Below the pieces are notes generated by a model. That model made no database searches. It was not told where the DNA came from and saw only the letters and a list, made by a program, of their open reading frames with translations. A stretch of DNA of 42,893 bases from positions 1 through 42,893 of the forward strand of contig CAZNTG010000013.1 in the NCBI GenBank assembly GCA_964575955.1. The letters run 5' to 3'. Source of the DNA: an uncultured Thermoproteaceae archaeon. Its GTDB lineage: Archaea > Thermoproteota > Thermoprotei > Thermoproteales > Thermocladiaceae. A program made the position numbers and the translations under genes. This document shows positions 8,339 to 16,411 of this stretch, one piece after another; position 1 is the first letter of the stretch; the number at the start of each line of letters is the position of its first letter.

Positions 8339-8884
8339 CTACTGAACCACTATAACATCATCATCATCCTCACCGCCATTACCTAAAAACCTCCTAATTA
8401 TAGTCTTGATAGATGAATATATTGAAGATTTTCTCTTCTTTTCAACTGTTAATGCATTTATGACATGTACATGTCCTAGTGAGTTTATTGCAAGCATTAT
8501 ATCTCTATCCTGTAGGATGTCAGTACCTGAACCGAGAACTAGAGTTATACCTCTCTCAATACATCTCCTATAGAACATTAATGTTGAATCTCTAATCTTG
8601 TCAATTACTAGCATAGTGTCGAAGTTGTTTAATATTAAAACTCTAGCATGAATATTTGAAAGTTCACTAGTTATTGTGAAGTTCTTAGTTAATATGCACG
8701 TCCTAACTATATTAGAAACATCTATATATACAGCACTCACATCTAGACTATTCAAAACTTCTGAAGCTCTCTTCAATACTCTCTCTCTACGATCATCATC
8801 ATCGTCTAGATATAGCACTACCTTATTCATTAACGCACGTTCAACAACTACCTCAATAAATCTACTAATTCCTTTTCTCATCAT
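8339..8884 (-). CDS. Hypothetical protein, possible degenerate P-loop/AAA-like fold
   Basis: 181-aa ORF with alternating hydrophobic strands (VVLYL, AVYIDV, VLILNNFD, TLVLGS). Confidence 0.6.
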   Translation of the reverse strand: MMRKGISRFIEVVVERALMNKVVLYLDDDDDRRERVLKRASEVLNSLDVSAVYIDVSNIVRTCILTKNFTITSELSNIHARVLILNNFDTMLVIDKIRDSTLMFYRRCIERGITLVLGSGTDILQDRDIMLAINSLGHVHVINALTVEKKRKSSIYSSIKTIIRRFLGNGGEDDDDVIVVQ

Positions 8885-8928
8885 GAAAGCTATAATTGAA
8901 GGCTTTAATATTATAATTGTTCAAAATA

Positions 8929-10203
8929 TCAACCTCTAAGACAAGCAACAAAGTGACCACCAGTCTTATGTAGATGTGGAAATAGTCTTAAACTACCTCT
9001 CAAATACCTGTTACAGAATTTAGGGAATAGTTCACATAGATCTAAAATCTCAAAACCATAATAGTCACACAACTTCTTAATAACATCTTCATTCTCCTCA
9101 AACGTTATTGTACATGTAGAATATACAAGTACTGTATTTCTATCAAAATTCTCGCATACTCTCTTCAATATTTTAAATTGAATATTTGAGAAATGCTTAA
9201 TATGGTGTTCTCTAAGCCAAAGCTTAATCTCAGGACTATGACATATCTTTCCTATAGAAGAACAGTCAGGATCTACCAATATTAAATCAAATCTCCTATA
9301 CTTAATACAGGGTTTAAGTATTGAAGAACATACTATGTCAATATTAAAATCTCTACAATACCTATATATGAGTCTCAATTCTGTTAGTAATCTTCTATAT
9401 GAAACATCAACACCAACAACATAGCAATTTAATAGATCTGAAACATGTATAGCTTTACCTCCTGGAGCTGAGCATGTATCTAAAACTGATCTACATTTTG
9501 GACATACTCTCTCAATTACATGACCAACAAGTATTGAAGACTTATCCTGTATGTATACTAGATTTTTAAGATTCTTCTCTAAAACCTCGACTCTACATCT
9601 ATCTAAAGCTATGACATCTTTAAAATCAGGATCAGGATATGGATTAAATCCAAGTTCATCCAATATCTTCAATACCTCATCTCTACTACCTCTAACTCTA
9701 ACATATATTGGTAATTTTTGTGAAAATGATTCTATAATCTTGATACCATCCTCAAATCTTGATAATATATACTTAACTAACCATAGTGGTATACTGTGAA
9801 CTATGTGTAACTTCTCTTCAATACTTCTATTACCTACTACAGATTCTATATCAATATTCTTAATATTTTCTAAATCTCTTCTCGATATTTTTAATCTAGC
9901 TTTATGACATACCTTCTCTAATCTCTCAATACTTATATTTCTAAACTTCAACTCATACGTCACTGTTCTTAAAACATATCTCTGATATAGATTTTTTGGA
10001 AGTTTACCAAGTACATATCTAGAGATTTCATCTAGTAGTACGTATTTTCTAACAACTTCTAAACATAGTGCAAGTATTGTTGATCTAAATTTTCTAACAA
10101 TTGGGTCAGTACTATATTGATCTTCTATTACACCTCTTATAGATATTCCTAATTTCTCAACTTTTTCAAGTATTTCTGCACATATCAACTCTATATACTT
10201 CAT
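8929..10203 (-). CDS. RsmB/NOP2-family RNA m5C methyltransferase
   Basis: YIQDKSS, LDTCSAPGGK, VDPDCSSIG, VYSTCTITFEENE. Confidence 0.92.
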   Translation of the reverse strand: MKYIELICAEILEKVEKLGISIRGVIEDQYSTDPIVRKFRSTILALCLEVVRKYVLLDEISRYVLGKLPKNLYQRYVLRTVTYELKFRNISIERLEKVCHKARLKISRRDLENIKNIDIESVVGNRSIEEKLHIVHSIPLWLVKYILSRFEDGIKIIESFSQKLPIYVRVRGSRDEVLKILDELGFNPYPDPDFKDVIALDRCRVEVLEKNLKNLVYIQDKSSILVGHVIERVCPKCRSVLDTCSAPGGKAIHVSDLLNCYVVGVDVSYRRLLTELRLIYRYCRDFNIDIVCSSILKPCIKYRRFDLILVDPDCSSIGKICHSPEIKLWLREHHIKHFSNIQFKILKRVCENFDRNTVLVYSTCTITFEENEDVIKKLCDYYGFEILDLCELFPKFCNRYLRGSLRLFPHLHKTGGHFVACLRG

Positions 10204-11825
10204 GACATTATACTTTTAACAATTCTAATTGCATCTCTTAAATATCTAAGCTGTAGGTAGTAGTCTATACCATCTGCAATTGCTACAATACTAGCCTCAA
10301 CAATATTTTTAGAAGCATGTGTTGTTGTCCAATATTCTTCATTTTCTCTATTTCTAAATGTTATATCTACACGAACTATAGATGCTGTATGTTTAGGGAC
10401 TCCTAAAAGTACTACTCTATAATCTACAAGCTCTACATTACTAACTTCAGGATATAGTTTTACAAGCGCATTTCTAAGTGCTGTATCTATAGCATGTACA
10501 GGACCGACACCTTCACCAGCCTCGATAATAGTCTTATTCTGAGCCATAACCTTAATCCAACTCCATGCTCTTGGTTGATCAGATTTTTCACACATAACTT
10601 TCCACTCTAATATCCTGAAGAACTCTTTGTAGACTCCTAAATGTTTTAAAACTATCAATACTGCAGTTGCTGTTGCATAATCAAAATTTAGACCTTCATC
10701 TTCAAGTTTCTTAATCTGTTCCATAGCGTTTAAGATTCTAGGATCATTTTTTGAAAGTTCTAAACCTATAACTTCCTGAATTTTTGATAAGATTGCTGCA
10801 CGTCCACTCAACTCTGATATTAATATTCTCCTCCTATTACCAACGACTTCAGGATCTACATGTTCGTAAGTTTTTGAACATTTTAAAATTGCATCAACAT
10901 GCACACCTGCCTTATGTGTAAATGCATTCTCTCCAACATATGGCTGATATGGATTTCTAGAGATGCCCGTTAGTTCATATACAAGCTTTGATAAGTATGT
11001 CAACTTCTTCAATTTACTTAAATCACCTCTAAGCACTTTAACTCCAAGTTTAAGTGCTAGATTTGGAATTACTTGACATAGATCTGCATTACCACATCTC
11101 TCACCAATACCATTAACAGTTACCTGTACATGTCTAGCTCCTGCAATTACAGCCATTATAGTATTCGCAACAGCACATCCTGAATCATTATGCATGTGAA
11201 CACCAACAACACAATTTTTAACTTTAGAAACAACATCTCTAACAATCTTCTCAACTTCATGAGGTAGACAACCACCATTAGTGTCACATAGTACTAATGT
11301 TCTAACTTTTAGAGAATCTACAAGTTCTACAACTTTCATAGCATATTCTCTATCTTCTTTATAACCATCAAAGAAGTGTTCAGCATCAAATATAACATCA
11401 ATACCATGATCTTTAAAGAATTGTATAGAATCTTCAATCATTCTCAAATTATTCTCCAGATCAGTCTTCAAGACTTCTCTAACATGGAGTGTCCAAGATT
11501 TTCCAAATATAACAACAATATCAGGATCAGCTTTCAGAGTATTTACAATTATAGGATCTTCATCAACCTTCTTATCTTTCCTTCTAGTAGATGTGAATGC
11601 TGCAAGTCTACATTTAGGACTAAATTCACGAGCCTTCTTAAAAACCTCAATATCTTTAGGATTTGCAGATGGCCAACCACACTCAACAATATCAACACCA
11701 AGATCATCAAGCTCTAGTATTAGTCTAACCTTATCATCAACCCTAAAAGATACACCACATGCCTGCTCACCTTCTCTCAAAGTACAATCATGTACTTCAA
11801 CAACAGATAGGACAGATCCCTCCAC
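10200..11825 (-). CDS. cimA: Citramalate synthase (LeuA/CimA family)
   Basis: DCTLREGEQ, FGKSWTLHV, FDAEHFFDG, HMHNDSG, GERCGNAD, HKAGVH. Confidence 0.9.
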   Translation of the reverse strand: MEGSVLSVVEVHDCTLREGEQACGVSFRVDDKVRLILELDDLGVDIVECGWPSANPKDIEVFKKAREFSPKCRLAAFTSTRRKDKKVDEDPIIVNTLKADPDIVVIFGKSWTLHVREVLKTDLENNLRMIEDSIQFFKDHGIDVIFDAEHFFDGYKEDREYAMKVVELVDSLKVRTLVLCDTNGGCLPHEVEKIVRDVVSKVKNCVVGVHMHNDSGCAVANTIMAVIAGARHVQVTVNGIGERCGNADLCQVIPNLALKLGVKVLRGDLSKLKKLTYLSKLVYELTGISRNPYQPYVGENAFTHKAGVHVDAILKCSKTYEHVDPEVVGNRRRILISELSGRAAILSKIQEVIGLELSKNDPRILNAMEQIKKLEDEGLNFDYATATAVLIVLKHLGVYKEFFRILEWKVMCEKSDQPRAWSWIKVMAQNKTIIEAGEGVGPVHAIDTALRNALVKLYPEVSNVELVDYRVVLLGVPKHTASIVRVDITFRNRENEEYWTTTHASKNIVEASIVAIADGIDYYLQLRYLRDAIRIVKSIMS

Positions 11826-11919
11826 TCACCATGACACTAGATCACGTTTAGGAAAATTTTAAAGCATTATGTCTCAACTAGTAATAATGATTATATCTGT
11901 AGGATAGTATTGTTAAAAT

Positions 11920-13029
11920 GTGAGAGTACTAGTAATACATCCACATCTAAATGTTAAAGGTGGTTCTGAAAGACTTACAAAGATATTGATAGATGGTCTA
12001 AAAGTTATGAATTATGAATTTAAAATAATAACATCAATATATGATGAAGAGTGGTTCTCACAATATAGTAAAAATATGGAAATACTTAAGACAGGTATGA
12101 AATTTGAAGATGTTGAAAATAAGATTTCAAATATAGTAGAAAACTACGAACCTGATATTGCAATAGTTATGGTTCAAGATCCAGCATACTGCTACATGGT
12201 TAAGAAAGTTAAAAATATACCAACACTAATGTACATACACTTTCCAATAGATGAAGAGATTAGTGAAGAAAATTTAAGAAATTATGAAGAATTACTAAGA
12301 TTCCCAACATTAACACCAAAATTCTTAAACTATCCTGACATAGTTCTAGTAAATTCAAGAAGAACAAAACTTGCAGTTGAGATGTTATGGCCATATAGAC
12401 CACACGTAGTCTATCCATGTATTGATGAGATATTCTTCAGAGAAGATGTAGATGAAGAAATTATAAAGAAGAAGGAACCTCTAATAATATATGTTGGGAG
12501 ATTTGTATCATTAAAACGTCAAGACTTACTAATACACATGTTTATAACAATTAAAGAGAAAGTTAAAAACTCAAGATTAGCAATACTAGGATTTGTAGAT
12601 CCAAGACATAGAGAATATTATGAAAATGTTAAGAAAACATATGAAGAACTTCAAGATAAGATTAAAGATGTAGAACTTGTAGAATCACCAAATGATAAAA
12701 AACTACTACAATACTATAGGCAGGCTAGAGTTTATGTTCATCTGAGAATTGGTGAACATTTTGGAATGGCACCAGTAGAAGCAATGAGTCAAGGAACACC
12801 AATAGTAATAAGACTACCAACAGGATTAGCAGAAAAATTCAAACATGAAATACATGGATATTTTGCAGAAACAGATTATGAACTAATAAAATATACAATA
12901 AAAATACTTAAAGAAGATAATGAAAAGTATATGAAAATGTCTAAGAGATGTATAGAAGACTCAAAAGAATTCATATACAAAAACTTCATAGAGAACATAA
13001 TAAAAATAGTAAAACCGAACAAAACATAG
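11920..13029 (+). CDS. Glycosyltransferase family 4
   Basis: GGSER, VGRF, EHFGMAPVEAMSQGTP. Confidence 0.92.
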   Translation: MRVLVIHPHLNVKGGSERLTKILIDGLKVMNYEFKIITSIYDEEWFSQYSKNMEILKTGMKFEDVENKISNIVENYEPDIAIVMVQDPAYCYMVKKVKNIPTLMYIHFPIDEEISEENLRNYEELLRFPTLTPKFLNYPDIVLVNSRRTKLAVEMLWPYRPHVVYPCIDEIFFREDVDEEIIKKKEPLIIYVGRFVSLKRQDLLIHMFITIKEKVKNSRLAILGFVDPRHREYYENVKKTYEELQDKIKDVELVESPNDKKLLQYYRQARVYVHLRIGEHFGMAPVEAMSQGTPIVIRLPTGLAEKFKHEIHGYFAETDYELIKYTIKILKEDNEKYMKMSKRCIEDSKEFIYKNFIENIIKIVKPNKT

Positions 13030-13071
13030 ATGCTGATAAGATAATGTAGATATAGAACATCTATACAACAT

Positions 13072-13098
13072 ATGTATACGTATTCAACACGTATACAT
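13072..13098. repeat. Perfect 10-bp inverted repeat with 7-nt spacer
   Basis: ATGTATACGT-attcaac-ACGTATACAT. Confidence 0.6.
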
Positions 13099-13206
13099 TA
13101 TATCCACATACTCTAACGTCTACCACTACACTCTACCTACCATAGCCCTAACCTGATAATATAGTATCATCTAGAAACTATCTAAAAGGTAATTTCAAAT
13201 CTTGTT

Positions 13207-13255
13207 TCAGTTCCCGAGGTATTCTTCATGTCTCAGGTTGGTATCCTATCATCAC
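13207..13255 (-). ncRNA. Box C/D guide sRNA
   Basis: Minus strand: GTGATGA-taggataccaac-CTGA-gac-ATGAAGA-atacctcgggaa-CTGA. Confidence 0.9.
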
Positions 13256-13297
13256 TATGCTAGAATTGTGATGTGTAGAATTTAATTTGTAAGTGTT

Positions 13298-13368
13298 AGC
13301 CGCGGACCGCCCGACTCTCCCCACGCGGGACCAAAGCCCGCCATGCTTGGCCGCTACACCACCCGGCT
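13298..13368 (-). tRNA. tRNA-Gln(TTG) 5' fragment (44 nt, acceptor 5' strand through anticodon stem) plus GC-rich trailer; putative split-tRNA 5' half
   Basis: AGCCGGG-TG-GTGT-AGCGGCCAA-GCAT-G-GCGGG-CTTTGGT-CCCGC, then GTGGGGAGAGTCGGGCGGTCCGCGGCT; no TTCRAAT T-loop. Confidence 0.8.
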
Positions 13369-13397
13369 TATGTCCATCTCTTAGTATCTGGTGTGTG

Positions 13398-13412
13398 TTA
13401 AAAATCTTTCTC
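13398..13412 (-). promoter_or_regulatory. BRE/TATA-like promoter of the tRNA-Gln fragment
   Basis: Minus strand GAGAAAGATTTTTAA about 30 nt upstream of tRNA position 1. Confidence 0.55.
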
Positions 13413-13413
13413 T

Positions 13414-14085
13414 TTATTCTCCTAATAGTTCTGCTATATCAGGACTTAGGTGTAGTTCTTTTCCTGTTATGTAGTATACTCTCGATATTCTTATTATTGG
13501 TCCTCTTGGTCCAAAATCTTCTCCATCTAACATCTGTATTTCACATGTGAAGTCTGGTCTATTGTATACTGGTCTAACTACTATTATTGTATCATATTGA
13601 TTTTTTAATTCATCTAGATTTCTAGTCTGTATTACTGGTATGTTTAATATTTGTGAAAGTATGTCAACAACTTCATGATAGTCAAATGATACTATTATTG
13701 CTGTTTTTGCCTTTTTCTTAACAACTCTTCTTATAGGCATGTCGACTATAAGTTTAACACCTATAAGCTTTATTATGTATGGTAACCATCTATATGTTGA
13801 GTTTTTATAATCGATCTCTATAAATTTTATAGCTATAGGATTACCTCTTCTAATAGTTATATACATTATATATGTTGCATTTCTCTCCATAGCTTTAACA
13901 ACAAGTTGGTCAAGCGACATTCTACCTCTATTAATTTTTATAGAATTTGGAATTGCTATAGAGAGTTCATTTAGGAATTGTCTAACTCTAAGATTGGGAT
14001 CTCTAGATGATGATAATGCTATTCTATTAACTTTGAATTCTTTCCTAACTACGGTACTTATCCTCTCTTTGCTCTTTCTCTCCAC
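13414..14085 (-). CDS. Brix/Imp4-like ribosome biogenesis protein
   Basis: SSSRDPNLRVRQFLNEL, INRGRMSL, RRGNP, GPIIRI; downstream of rpl37ae. Confidence 0.85.
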   Translation of the reverse strand: MERKSKERISTVVRKEFKVNRIALSSSRDPNLRVRQFLNELSIAIPNSIKINRGRMSLDQLVVKAMERNATYIMYITIRRGNPIAIKFIEIDYKNSTYRWLPYIIKLIGVKLIVDMPIRRVVKKKAKTAIIVSFDYHEVVDILSQILNIPVIQTRNLDELKNQYDTIIVVRPVYNRPDFTCEIQMLDGEDFGPRGPIIRISRVYYITGKELHLSPDIAELLGE

Positions 14086-14369
14086 CTCTGCTTCTCTCTC
14101 TCAATAGCTTTTAACTCTTCAGGAGCTAGAGTCTTACCTAGAGTTGTCTGTGGAACCCATGCACCTCCAGCAAATGTAAATCCACATTTTGGACATCTCC
14201 AAATACCAAATGCAAGTCTCTCCATTCTAGTTACAGATCTACATCTTGGACATCTATGCTTACCTCTCTGCTTAACCTCTATTTGAGTAACTTTTCTCCT
14301 AACACCCATTCCATATCTAGCTCCAAATCTCCCTGCAGGACCTACAACCTTCGTATGGCTGAAAGGCAT
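14058..14369 (-). CDS. rpl37ae: 50S ribosomal protein L37Ae (eL43)
   Basis: VGPAGRFGARYG, CPRC...GIWRCPKCG, FAGGAW. Confidence 0.97.
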   Translation of the reverse strand: MPFSHTKVVGPAGRFGARYGMGVRRKVTQIEVKQRGKHRCPRCRSVTRMERLAFGIWRCPKCGFTFAGGAWVPQTTLGKTLAPEELKAIEREKQRWRERAKRG

Positions 14370-14405
14370 GGTATGTATATGTCTATGTCTTCAATATTTA
14401 AATTT

Positions 14406-14840
14406 TTATACTATCATAGTTGCTAGATTTGCAATTGATGGCCATCTAAGTGCTGCTTCCATAGCAACAGGACCGTGAATTTCTGTACCTTTTGGATTAC
14501 CAAGCTCGTCAGTTATTACTACTGCATTATCTTCAAACATTATCCATGTACCATCAGGTCTTCTATATGGTTTTCTCTGTCTAATGACTATAGCTCTCAT
14601 AATTTGCTTTCTCATTTCAGGTTTTCCCTCTCTAACAGATACGACAACCATATCTCCAACAGATGCTCCAGGTATTCTTCTATGTACAGTCTTAGCTTTA
14701 CAACCACATACACCTATAATTCTCACAAGCTTAGCACCACTATTATCAGCTACAGGAACTAGACTATTTATGAAGATCGCTGGAGGTATATGATACTTCC
14801 ATGGAACACCTACCTGTCTTGCAGTACCCTTCTTAGCCAT
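14406..14840 (-). CDS. rpl14p: 50S ribosomal protein L14 (uL14)
   Basis: [29 protein letters not shown]. Confidence 0.98.
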   Translation of the reverse strand: MAKKGTARQVGVPWKYHIPPAIFINSLVPVADNSGAKLVRIIGVCGCKAKTVHRRIPGASVGDMVVVSVREGKPEMRKQIMRAIVIRQRKPYRRPDGTWIMFEDNAVVITDELGNPKGTEIHGPVAMEAALRWPSIANLATMIV

Positions 14841-14894
14841 GTGTGTACTAGAGTTATGCTAATCTTTAAAATGTTTCTTCAATACATGTATATG

Positions 14895-14943
14895 GTGAAG
14901 AAGAGATCAGCGACTGAATATTGATGAACGCTATCCTAGCTGA
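14895..14943 (+). ncRNA. Box C/D guide sRNA
   Basis: GTGAAGA-agagatcagcga-CTGA-ata-TTGATGA-acgctatcctag-CTGA between secY and rpl14. Confidence 0.85.
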
Positions 14944-16371
14944 TTAAACTCTCTCAACACCTACAAACCTTCTAAGTCCTGGAAATAGCTCAAATACATG
15001 CTCTTGAACTGCTATAGCGTAGTACTGTAATGCAATCTCTATAAGTAACATCAATCCAATACCACCACTAAATACCTGTAGTAGATCTCCAAGTGCAGCA
15101 ATCAAACCTGACAATATTCCGCTAGTTATGGTTAATGCAAAGATATACTTCTCCAAATACTTAGCTATTATTCTCAGGTTTGGTCTAAAGCCTGGAATAC
15201 TAAGCTTAGCTTCAACAATATACTTAGCCTGATCTTCAGCAGACATTCCAGCTATGTTAACCCAAATGTATGCATATATTGTACATAGAACAACATATAT
15301 CACAATATGAGCAACAACATACTGTGGAGTAATATTTGGAGGTGGTGGTGACCATAGGAAGTAGAGTACAGAGTTTGGACATGGAACATATCCACCTCTA
15401 CCATAAGGTTCTAAACATGCAAGCCATTTAAGTGCTGGATTATGCATTGCTGCATAAGCAACATACTGTAATGCATGTGATATTAATATTAGTGTGAAGG
15501 CTGTGAAGATTATTGGAAGTACTGATACATACATGACACGTAGAGGAAGACTATACTTAATACCTCTATACTGTGGAATTGATAGTGGTATTGGTACACT
15601 AAGCATCTCTAGATAAAGTATGAAGAATCCTAGCAATACTGTAGCTATAAGTCCAACAACAGTACCACCTCTAAAGAACGAGTAGAATAGGTCTGTTGGA
15701 AAGCTACCTCTAGCAACTGCAGCAATAACTGCAGGAATTATACCTACAGGTAGACCATCAGGACCTATAACAGGAGAGAAAGTATACCAAAGTACTGTCT
15801 TTGCAATACTTACAAGTATGAATAGACTAATACCACTACCAAGACCCCAACCATTAGTAATCAAGTCGTCTAGCAATAGTATTATTAGAGTAGCTATTAG
15901 AAGTTGAACAATAACAGCAATCTTCAACGGTATTGTAGGTACACGAAGCATACCAATAGTCACAGCTACTAGAGCTTCAAAGAATGCAATTATGAGAGAT
16001 AGTAACTTCATAAGAGCATTAAATCTAGCTCTATCAACAGGATCTTCAAGATCAATATCTAACAATCCTGAAAAAACTAAAATCTCCAACAATATACCTG
16101 CAATAACTATAGGACCAATACCAAGATGTGCAAGTGTTCCACGACTAGTTGCAAAAATTAGTGACATAAGTCTAAGAATACCAACACTTGGAGTTGCAGT
16201 CTGGTAGACTCCGTATAGAGGTACAACCATCATCATTAAGTATATCGTAACAGCAACAAAAGTCCATAAGAGTCTAGTAGTTAATGGTTGTGGAGTCTTA
16301 GGTCTAGGAACAGTAGGCATTAATCTTAGTATAGGATCCAACTTCTCAATTAGAGATCTTACCTGAGACAC
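14944..16371 (-). CDS. secY: Protein translocase subunit SecY (Sec61 alpha)
   Basis: GTLAHLGIGPIV, GWGLGSGISLFI, YVSVLPII, IPGFR; multiple TM helices. Confidence 0.97.
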   Translation of the reverse strand: MSQVRSLIEKLDPILRLMPTVPRPKTPQPLTTRLLWTFVAVTIYLMMMVVPLYGVYQTATPSVGILRLMSLIFATSRGTLAHLGIGPIVIAGILLEILVFSGLLDIDLEDPVDRARFNALMKLLSLIIAFFEALVAVTIGMLRVPTIPLKIAVIVQLLIATLIILLLDDLITNGWGLGSGISLFILVSIAKTVLWYTFSPVIGPDGLPVGIIPAVIAAVARGSFPTDLFYSFFRGGTVVGLIATVLLGFFILYLEMLSVPIPLSIPQYRGIKYSLPLRVMYVSVLPIIFTAFTLILISHALQYVAYAAMHNPALKWLACLEPYGRGGYVPCPNSVLYFLWSPPPPNITPQYVVAHIVIYVVLCTIYAYIWVNIAGMSAEDQAKYIVEAKLSIPGFRPNLRIIAKYLEKYIFALTITSGILSGLIAALGDLLQVFSGGIGLMLLIEIALQYYAIAVQEHVFELFPGLRRFVGVERV

Positions 16372-16411
16372 GTCTCAGGTCGTGACTACGATCGAATTGA
16401 AAAATATTACC

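Noticed and set aside
8355-8805. TCATCATCA runs resembling C boxes or microsatellites
   Set aside because: They encode poly-Asp tracts within the 8339-8884 CDS.
13298-13324. Trailer resembles the 3' end of bacterial-type 5S rRNA (GGGAGAGT.GG)
   Set aside because: No 5S 5' portion or helices; the upstream sequence is clearly tRNA-Gln.
13256-13412. Permuted or cis-intron tRNA-Gln
   Set aside because: No T-arm (GTTCRAATC) or exact CCCGGCT 3' acceptor strand on either side of the fragment.
13293-13550. 85-aa plus-strand ORF
   Set aside because: Antisense to the tRNA-Gln fragment and the Brix gene; shadow ORF with no motif.
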